A stretch of DNA of 57,593 nucleotides, filler included, from Dugesia japonica (Eukaryota): assembly GCA_001938525.1 (NCBI GenBank). It is 5 parts of 5 records of this genome, joined end to end, with 100 filler letters (N's around TTAATTAATTAA, not from the genome) between each part and the next. Parts side by side here need not be neighbours in the genome. Positions count along the whole stretch, not along the records: positions 31,550 to 41,063 come from MQRL01360255.1; positions 41,164 to 57,593 come from MQRL01557826.1; 3 more parts are not named here. One strand, given 5' to 3'. Shown in pieces: positions 39,110-49,300 of this stretch (positions within the stretch are counted from its first letter, which is position 1; every line of letters begins with the position of its first letter). The position numbers and the translations under genes are program-made. The notes beneath the pieces are model-generated. The model worked only from the letters and a program-made list of their open reading frames with translations, was not told the origin of the DNA and made no database searches.

Positions 39110-39358
39110 TTAGTGAACAAATCAAATGATGCAAAAGTGTCGAGGGGATGGAACCACCGCGCAGCAAAGATGAAAAGAGAAACGAAAAGAGTAGAGAAAT
39201 GAAATTCTGAGGCCATATATAACCAGATTAAAGAAAAGGAGTTGTCCGTTCAGTACGCGAATAGGTTAATAGCAGACATCATCAAAACATATGCCGACCG
39301 GGAGAGTTCGATGTTTGTTTCGTTAAGAACACTATGGCTGAATTACCGTGTGCCATAG
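39110..39358 (+). pseudogene. Coiled-coil gene remnant with ADIIKTYADR motif (homolog at 45.5-45.8 kb)
   Basis: QIKEKELSVQYANRLIADIIKTYADRESSMF. Confidence 0.6.
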
Positions 39359-40114
39359 CCATCAAACGAAGCCATAGAGCAGACCATCGATTGGGACGCC
39401 GATTAATGGATGTTAAATATGAATCAATAAATATTAGTGGCTGTGGATGTGGTGTTTTGGTTTTCTTGGGATTTTATTTGTTGAAGGGGAATTATCACAA
39501 TAAATTTTTACTGAGCATAAAGAGGATTGTTGCTGTCTGGGTTCAGGTATTCAGTAGATAAGACGCGATACCGCAAAATCGCGCTGAACCTGTGGGAAAG
39601 AGGGGCACGTCACAGAGGAGATGCTACAAGCCATAATCAGTAGTTAATGAAAAATACTTCACTAGCGATGGCAAAGGAGTCATAATTATTCCATGAATTA
39701 AATTACGGTAAAGATGTCAATGGCACACTTTCATAAGCGTAGTGGTAATTCTGGCATGCTTAATTTTTCTAACTACCTCTACCACTGGCAATTTAACGTT
39801 GAAAGCAAGGATTAAGGGATGTTGTAATTTCTGGGGATATTACTGGCAGTGACAGAGTTATTATTATATTTATAGCAAAATGGTTGACGTGTTTATCGAC
39901 ATTACGCCTAACTGTAAATAACACTAATGGTAACAGTAAGACGAACCCAGGTTTAAATATGATAAAATTAATCAACAGCTATGATTCGCTATCCAATTCC
40001 TAACACTCATTGTTTGAGTAGCGGTTTAAAATTGTCTCTCGTGATTAAATCAGCGGGTTGCTATTGACTTTATCTCCATCACTTACTAATTATCGATTCA
40101 GTAATATTTATCAT

Positions 40115-40371
40115 ATGAATTTAGATTCATTTGAACAGCTAGTGGCGAGTATTATTGATGAATTTACTGCTCAGTCACAAAACCAAACACAAGTACCCCC
40201 TGAGCTGACCAACTTTATATCTATGATTTTATGTCAGTGTAGACTATTTCCGCTTTATATCGATGGATTATTCAGAGCAACTGTAAGTAAAAATCACTGA
40301 GTGGTTTTACTGGGTCCTAGTGATGAAAACGGGTTGGTAGTCGTCAGCAAGTGGGATCGGCATGATCACTA
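40115..40371 (+). pseudogene. Hypothetical protein, last ORF of the array (one internal stop)
   Basis: MNLDSFEQLVASIIDEF...; AATAAA near 40425. Confidence 0.35.
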
Positions 40372-43199
40372 AGTGCAAATGGATTGGGAACAACTAGAAA
40401 TTAATAGTGTTTTCTGGAATGATAAATAAACAATTTGTGCATTGTAGACTGTTGTGATAATGTTTTTTTATTTAATTTGTGTGTAAGTATTATATGTATA
40501 TACATACATCCATGTATTACATAGATATAATTTCTATAATTGTTGGGGAAACACAAACACCAACTACTAATTAAAACATCAACAAAAAACACAATACAAG
40601 CACAAACAAACCACAACAATCAGAACAAAATCCAGCTAAAGATCAACGCAACCATTCAACATCCAGAAAACCGGCAACTTCTGAATTATTTGAACTTTGT
40701 TGAATTCGTTATCAAACTTTTGTGATTTGAATTTTTGTGAAATTAACTTTAACTATTCGGACTTTTGTGATCGATTTTGACAATTTGTAGATATCATCAA
40801 TAATTATTTATTTTTAAATTTTTCGATGTACTAAATAATTATTGATTTTAAAATTTTCGATATACTGTTGAAGTCTGAATACATCCAACACATAGCAAAG
40901 TACATACATAACATAGCATGCAGGGAAAAACATAACATAACAACAACTTCAAATCAATATCTACAACAAGTTCGAATCAACACCTGAACTTAAATCATTT
41001 AGAGATTATTAAAATAATTAATGAAGCACTTACTAAACTCCAATTAACACTTAGTTAACTTTANNNNNNNNNNNNNNNNNNNNNNNNNNNNNNNNNNNNN
41101 NNNNNNNTTAATTAATTAANNNNNNNNNNNNNNNNNNNNNNNNNNNNNNNNNNNNNNNNNNNNGATGCAATTACATCACAGATTAAGATATCAAATTACC
41201 GATAATCGCACTAATTACGTAAAGGGGGCGGGGGGGTCACTGAATGTGTGCTGGCTATGACTGCTACTATCTATCTACTGTATTTAAATGTTTGTAATAG
41301 TTTAAATTTAAGTTCCTCAATGTTGTTATCAATTTCAATAATAGGAGAATTATAAGTTGGTATCGTGCGTCTGAATGNNNNNNNNNNNNNNNNNNNNNNN
41401 NNNNNNNNNNNNNNNNNNNNNNNNNNNNNNNNNNNNNNNNNNNNNNNNNNNNNNNNNNNNNNNNNNNNNNNNNNNNNNNNNNNNNNNNNNNNNNNNNNNN
41501 NNNNNNNNNNNNNNNNNNNNNNNNNNNNNNNNNNNNNNNNNNNNNNNNNNNNNNNNNNNNNNNNTTCAGTAATGAGTAGTAATACTACCATCAACCACAA
41601 AATTAATATAATTAAAGGTGAAAGAATTCAAGATGAGAATACAGATGAATCATCGTAAATAATGCGAAATTATTTTTGTAGATGAGAAGGTGGTTAAAAC
41701 ACATTATGAAAAGTTTGAATAATTAAATTTAGATGAAATAATTAATTGGAATATAAAATATTTTACACATGAGATATATAGAGGTTACAAACAGTTTTGA
41801 GAGTTATTTTAAAATTTTAAAGGATTCGTTCCCAAACTCTCTGTTAATAGCAAAAATTAAAAAGTTGATGTACGATCAATGGAATTTAGATGTGGCTTAG
41901 TAATTTGAAATCATTCTTGAATTTTATTTGGTGAAACATTTTTTTGAAGGTTATTTGTAAAAGTTAACTTTGAGTGTTTTCAAATATTCTTTGTCGATGT
42001 AATTATTTTTAAAGATTTTTGTAAAAATCAATTTGCATGTAAGCGTTTTATTGTAGGACGTAATTTTCAGATTTTGAGAAGACATGTTTGAAAACTATTT
42101 GTGTTGAGAAATAAAGTTTATTCAGTTTGATCTGATTCAATTCAATCTTAGTAATTATTATTTATTTGGATTATTGAACTCAGTCAGATATTTAATTGTG
42201 TCCAACTTGAATAGATCTCAAGTGTCGTGACAACTTTAATTTTATGTTTAATTGATGTTTTAATTTTATGCATTATAAAAATTGATAAAAATGAATTAAC
42301 TGTTAAAAAAAAATATTTTAATTTCATATAAAACTTTTTAAAAATAAAATTAGTTTAATAATGTAATATGTAAATTCTTATTTAGAAAATAAAAAAATTA
42401 TTAATTTTCATTGAATAAAAGTTATAAAGTAAAAATCATAAAAAATATAATATATAAAAAATTTAAACGACAATAAAATAAATATTACCAATAATATCTA
42501 AAAATCATTAAAAAAATCCATATATGTTTAGAATTGATTTAATTCAAGGATTTATAATATTAAAAAATACAAAAAACATTAGCAATTTTTCTATAAAAAT
42601 TAATGAACACCATTTCATAAAATATTTATTTACTGCAAGTAATTTCGACGGAATAAAATCGTCACCAGGCAATTATTGATTATTAAAACAAACTATTTAT
42701 AAATTTTAAATGATTATATACTTTCATTTATGAAATCTTAAGAAATAATCAATAAAATAATTTTAAGAGCGATGTTGAATCTATCAACTGAACACTAATT
42801 TTTAAAATTTAATGCACTTATCGACAAAGCTTCACATATCCCTCTCTCACAATAATTGATTAATTGAATTAAATAAATATTTTATGAAATGGCGTTCATT
42901 TATTTTTATATATAATATTTTAATCAATATTCTCCTCGTTTAATAATAAATAATCAATAATTGGACTATAATCACATTAATTTAGTTACTGGTTATTTAT
43001 AATCATAAGAGTTAAATTGATTAAATATTTATTATGAATAATGAGCTTAATTGAAAAATATTCAATTATTTCGTTTTTTTAAAAACTTACTTCCACTAAA
43101 ATCACGCTTCACCAACGCCATAATAAGAATTGATTCACTTTTTATGAGATAACATTCTTTACATTTAATTATTCTTTTATAATCCTCATTTGACAATTT

Positions 43200-44910
43200 T
43201 TATCTTTTAAAACTACTTCTTTGTTTTCAATGTTTTCTGAATCTTAATTGCACTTTCTACAAAAAACATTTTTTCATATATGTCACTGGGAAATGGTTTT
43301 CATATATAACTGAGTAATTAATAATTCACCAGGTTTCCTTTAGATTAAGGTGTCCAGAAAATGAATCTAAAAGTCGATTGACGTCTCTAAAGTGAATTTG
43401 ATGTTATCATTAATACTATTGGCTCGTTCTACAATATTTTCTAAAGGAGAGTTAGTAACCAAGAAAATATCTTTTAGAATAAAAGCTTCGATCAAAATTT
43501 TTGTTTTTTTTAATGATACTTGATAACAATTCGATATCGAATTGCTATCAAATATCAATAAAAAACAAAAATTTTGATTGAAGTTTTTATTTAAATGAAT
43601 TCTGTAAAACAATCAATGGTTATGTCCAACAATTATTCTCGCAATAATTGCAATTGTAAAAGAAAATATCGTCTATATATATATGAATCATAGATGTATC
43701 TTCTTCTCAGCTTTGAGAACAATTTTATTTTCAATGAAGTTCATTAAAATTATCGCTAAAATGGGAGACAAATTGTTACCCATTGATAGATAACTTTTTT
43801 GTTTTAAAAGTTGTTCATCCATAAAATGCTGTCAGAGAATAGACAAAAACTGATAAGAGATTTGAAATCACTTTTAGTGATTTCAGGAATATCTGTACGT
43901 GTTTATCTTTCAAAGAAATCACTTGCAATATCGATAACATTTTCCGGTCCTTCAAAGGGAATTGATCCATAAAGATTTGCTACATCTAATGAACCAAATC
44001 GATCATCGTTGTTCCAGTCATAATTCTTAATTCGTTCAACAAACTCATAACTATTTTTAAAATGTGCTGGAAGAAAGCTTAACNNNNNNNNNNNNNNNNN
44101 NNNNNNNNNNNNNNNNNNNNNNNNNNNNNNNNNNNNNNNNNNNNNNNNNNNNNNNNNNNNNNNNNNNNNNNNNNNNNNNGATGAAACTGGTTCATGACAT
44201 TTAACTGCTGAAAATAAAGATTTTATTCGGTCTTCATATTTCTCTGCAATTTTAATTAAATCTTTATTAAATTTACTCTCTTCAGTAATTGGCAGTCTTT
44301 TATGGATGATAATCTCATAATTATTCAGATGTTGAGAGAAGAAATCCTTGTATGTCTGTTCAGGCAAAGCTATCAATTTATTTGTTTTGTCTGTTGGACT
44401 GATGATGATTGATTTCAAATTCTTTATTTCTTTAATAATTTTGTTTTCAATATTTTTAAATTTAATATTCTTATTATATTTGTAAGTTTCCTGAGTAAAT
44501 CTATATTGTTATCAATTTCTGTACTAAGATAATTGTACGTTGGTATTACCCTTCTGAATGATTGTTTATACTTCGACTTTTATGAAAAAATTGACGAATT
44601 ATCTGGTGTTTCAAATGTTGTATTTTCTAGTCGGTGTAATTGGTATTTGAGACTGTAAATGGAATCTTCAATCATTGCAATCTTCAATCATTGCAATCAT
44701 TGCAAATTGGAAGAGTCAGAGTCTCCTGAATTAACGGGGATATAGCTTGGTCTTTTATTTAACAATTCAATTTGTCTGTCAGTAAATGTATATGTTGTTA
44801 AATTTTGGAAAGGAAGAACAGTTATATTGTTTGTAACATCTGAGTGAAAATTTATTTTCATTTTGATTTTCTCTTCTGTTTTCGTTTTCTCAGCAAGTAG
44901 AGTTTTCAAT
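43200..44910 (-). mobile_element. Penelope-like element RT, degraded
   Basis: IIISPTDKTNKL, FKNSYEFVERI, FGSLDVANLYGSIP, MGNNLSPILA, YIDD|IF (split by an insertion), NSINDNIKFTLE. Confidence 0.88.
43472..43659 (+). mobile_element. Fold-back short retroelement inserted into the PLE RT active-site motif
   Basis: Perfect 11-bp TSD AAGAAAATATC at 43461-43471 and 43660-43670. The palindrome is centred on CAATTCGATATCGAATTG, and the family tail is present. Confidence 0.85.
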
Positions 44911-45505
44911 TTCTTTTGTTTGTTGAGATCATTAATGTTTTAAATTTTTCATATATTTCTTCATTTTCATTTTATAGAGAAAATGGAAGTGGTTTATTTT
45001 TTATCAAATAATTAAGTTCACAATAGAGTCTTTTATGAAGAAGCGTTATCCATTGAAAGCTTTGACACTTAGAAAGTTCTTCGGATTGATGACATTGAAA
45101 AGTATTCTTGAATTTTTTGTAGTTCTAAAACCAAATGGTATTAATTCTAGTCTTTTATATTCTTTTAAGTTTGATATGATTTTTAATTTTCTAGATTTTC
45201 ATCGCATTGAATAAATCAAAAAGTCCAAAAAGAAGCGTTACCGACAGTATTCATTTGACTATCTGTCATATGGATTTGACAAAGGTCTTAATTATGAAGC
45301 CGTCAAACACTTTTAAATTTTATGCACTCAGACATAAAAGATAAGCCACTGGTTTATTTTATTATTCTGCATAAGCAATTCGAAGAACGACAAACAATTA
45401 TCAACATTTTTCAAAATTGAGTTGTTGTTAATCTTATTAAGAAATTTAAAAACATAATAATATTCATGAAATTTAGTTACAAAATTAGTTACATAATACA
45501 TTGAT

Positions 45506-45810
45506 ATGCAACTCCAGCTAAATACTTATTTCCATTCAGTGTTGACTTTAAAGATCCCATCATTAGATACCTCTATAACTGATCTACGTAAACAATGGTG
45601 CACCTTGCACAAAAAGCTTTAATTGAAGCTTGCAGATCTGAGTCAGAAGAATACCAAACTACGTGAACAAAACAAAAGTTTAAAGGAAAGAAACTTGACC
45701 CAGTCTCAATCGAGCCAAATGATGGCTGATATAATAAAAACTTACGCGGACAGAAAGAGTATGTACTGAGAGCTAGGACTCTTGGAATCACGACACCATC
45801 ATGGTGAGGA
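45506..45810 (+). pseudogene. Coiled-coil gene remnant homologous to 39110-39358
   Basis: MQLQLN...DLRKQWCTLHKKL*LKLADLSQKNTKLREQNKSLKERNLTQSQSSQMMADIIKTYADRKSMY*. Confidence 0.6.
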
Positions 45811-46014
45811 ACAAAAACAATGTGATAACAATCGAAGATGTCTCATAGGTAAAAGTTTGAAATATATAAATAAAACTTTAGTTGTGTATGTGGTTTCAAG
45901 AGAATGTGACAATGAGCAATAAGAAAATAAAAAGGTCAAGTTAATAGAAAGATGGAACTGTAGAAAAAATTCATTCTCATTATTTTCATANTTGATATTT
46001 CATAAATTGATATA

Positions 46015-46253
46015 CATTAACTACTCTCGATTTCTAGAAAATGGCGGCTTTTAGAGTAAACAATAATAAAATTTATTTAAAAATCCAGTAAAAAATTTAT
46101 TTCTTTATTATAAAAATGGCGGTTATTAGAGTTTGGCGGATAAAAGAGTTCGTGGATAAAAGAGTTCGTGGATAAGAGAGTTGGCGGATAAGAGAGTTGG
46201 CGAATAAGAGAGTTGGTGGATAAGAGAGATGGCGAATAAGAGAGTAGTTACTG
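46015..46253. mobile_element. pogo/Tigger-type MITE with expanded 16-bp subterminal tandem array
   Basis: TIRs CATTAACTACTCTC and (rc) CAGTAACTACTCTC, TA on the left. About 7 copies of GAGTTGGCGGATAAGA at ~46129-46245. Confidence 0.75.
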
Positions 46254-46312
46254 TTATAAATAAATAAAAACAAAACATTTCCTAAAATGTATTATTAAAA
46301 TGTGTTCAGAAA

Positions 46313-49300
46313 TTAAGATTTTTCATATAATAAAATATATGGGCAAATATTACATTTGAAATCAAAGAAGGACACTTGATCATCATTTATTAAATACCAA
46401 TTATTCTTCCGTTTCCTGTAAGTCACATAATGACCTCCGGAAATATTTCCCATGTGATGGATAATTGCTGTCAATTTATAGTGAACATTCACAACTTCTC
46501 TTAAAACCAAAATATTAATTAAATATTTAAATAATATTAAATAATATTTTAATGAAGAAATTCATTAATTTCCTAAAATTTACATTTTAGAATTCTCATT
46601 ATTATAACATTTCGCACCAAATCGGAGATCTTCCTCATATTGAATATGATATTCCGGTTTGATCATTTCTTCTTTCTCACTGCTCCACTTATTAGCTTGT
46701 ATATGTAAAAGCAATAAATTTGGTGGCTGCCCCAAAAACAGTATATTCGATGATTTTTTAGGATCATCATCAATTATTGTCGGAGCAAAATGTTGATATA
46801 TTAGATAATTTAATGTAACTCCAGGAGATTCTTGAAATTTGTAAATTAATCCGANACAATTACAGAAATCTATCACTTTTGTATTCTCCAGATAAACCGA
46901 TTGATAAACCAAGATGAAACTGTGATTTACTGGGGATATTAATTCCAGAAAATGTATGCATCATTTCCATTATCAAAGGCATCGAATTCTAAATAAATTT
47001 CATCAAAAATAACTTAACACGCAATTTAATTAAATATTTATTCAATACAACAAGTTTCGACAGTATATATATCTGTCATCTTCAGGCAAAAATAAAAATA
47101 TAAATTTAACATGGGACTCTCTCTCTCTCTCTCTTCTTCTTATTCGAAGTCACGTACAAATATTTAAACTTTTATGTCTTCGCTAAAGAAATGAATTGTA
47201 GAAAAATTAAATTACGAAACGAATAATTAAATTGTTCTGAACTTGAATAATAATTTAAATGTTAAAAAGGTTATTAAAGATCTGGATAAATCTAATATTA
47301 TCGATAAAATATGTTGTGTTGTAAATATGTCTTACTCCGAGGGCTTTAAATATTTACAAAACGATTTGCTAAAATATTCAGTAAATCTCTCAAAATTTTA
47401 AACTGTCTCTCTCTGACTTTTAAAATAATAAATGTATTCAGCAAGAAGTCTAACACTCATTATGGATTGATTTATAATCTTATTTATAAATCTGAGTGTA
47501 AGGGGTGTATTGCTACATACATAGGAGAGACGTCTCATCTGTAAAAGGATTCAGGAACATATCGCAATCAAAGTGTAGAACATAATAGTCCGTGCTAATT
47601 AATTGAATCTCCAGAATCAATACAAATTCGACAAATCACAACCTTTAATCATAGTAAAATATTCCTAAATCTTTGGTATCTGATTTTAAAATTTTGGAAA
47701 GTCGTAAGTATAGTATCATTTTTGTATTGATAATTTGTTTTTGATTTGCAGTGCGTGTATTTAAGATGTTTATTGCTTGGTTTTTTAAAATTTATTTAAA
47801 TTAAAAATTTAATTGTTTTCTTTTGAAATACCCTGTAAAAGGTATGTATATTTTTTATAGTTATTTAATTTTCAAAATTTTTATTTAGAACAAACTTCGC
47901 TTTTTAGAAATAAAAATAACTTCAAAGAAAAAATTCTAGAGTATTCAGCAATCCAGGGCAGGATTAATATGAAATTAAAAAAAATTAATTTCCTTTAAAT
48001 TCTCAAGAAGTGTACCATGTTATCTCTTGTATTGTTATTAGCATGATTTTCAATATTTTTTAAAACATTAGCTTTCAATTTTTAAATTTGAAAGATTTTT
48101 AGATTTAGAGTAAACTGAATGGAGTGAATTATTTAAGTATTAATTATTATCCATTATATTAAAATTGTGATTTTATTATAAAGTTAACTTTTTAATTTTC
48201 AGAAATTTTGTTTATTTAAAAATCCGTTTATGCAGTTATGTTAACATTTGCATTTTGAATTTACTATTATTAATACAGTTGGAAATCACTTGTAATAATT
48301 TTTATTGTAATCAAATAATTAACTTATATTAGCAAAATTTGATTTTTATTGTGATCAACATGGAATGTTAAACATTGTAGTTCTAAATTTTCGATTTAAT
48401 GAATTTGTGTATCGCTAATTTAGATATCGCTAACATACTCACAAAATAAAAACTATTTATTGCTAACAGACGGGGCTCATCCTAATGAGTAGACTATACA
48501 TTGAATTGTGACAAAGCACTGTATTTGGGCGCCTTTTACTTTCGATTTAAATAATTAAATATTTTCGATTTCTCCATGCATACGGTATTTTAAAACACTT
48601 TTTTACCAAAACAATATTTTTGGTTAAACATTTGTGGAAATTTTTTAAACTTACATATTGAAAAAGGTTAAACCCATTTTTTAGTAAAAAAGTATTCAAA
48701 TTCAAAAAAAATTCAAAGCCATCTTTAAGTTGTAAATGTATTAAACTTTTTAGACATATTAAGTTAAATATTTTCCATCTCTTTAAAAGATGATTTGAAT
48801 AAAAATATATTAAAAGAAATTTCAATTTTGGTTTAAAAAAATGGAATTTTAAAAATCCAGGAGCAGAAAATTGAACTATAAATTCAAAAGTTGCAGGGTC
48901 AGTTAAATAAATATTTGTAAAAAGTAAGAAAACACAACTTGAAACAGAAAAAAACAAGAAAATGAAGTAAGCACTTTGAATAAAGAAAATAATGGTGAAC
49001 AACGGCCTTTCGTGTTAACACTGTCAGTTACTAATTCCATCCAAAAAATCCAGCCTTCAAATCAACATTAATTACTTCAGAGCGAAATATTAAGCCTCAG
49101 AGCCTTCAATATCAGTTTCTACAATTGATGTAACCAATTTCAACTCAAATGATCCTGTAAATTGGCGTGATCTAATTAATAGTAAATTTCGCAAAATCAT
49201 CGTTGAATAAGGATCTCAACAAATTAAACGAAATAAATAGTGGTTTAAGTTATCATTATTATCAGCAAAAACTACCAAACCGTAATATCATGTCAAGATC

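Noticed and set aside
46129-46245. CRISPR-like repeat array
   Set aside because: Units are head-to-tail with no unique spacers, lie within MITE TIRs, and the context is eukaryotic with no cas genes.
48547-49002. 151-aa Phe/Leu/Lys-rich ORF
   Set aside because: Low-complexity translation of AT-rich non-coding TE sequence within the USP intron; no motifs.
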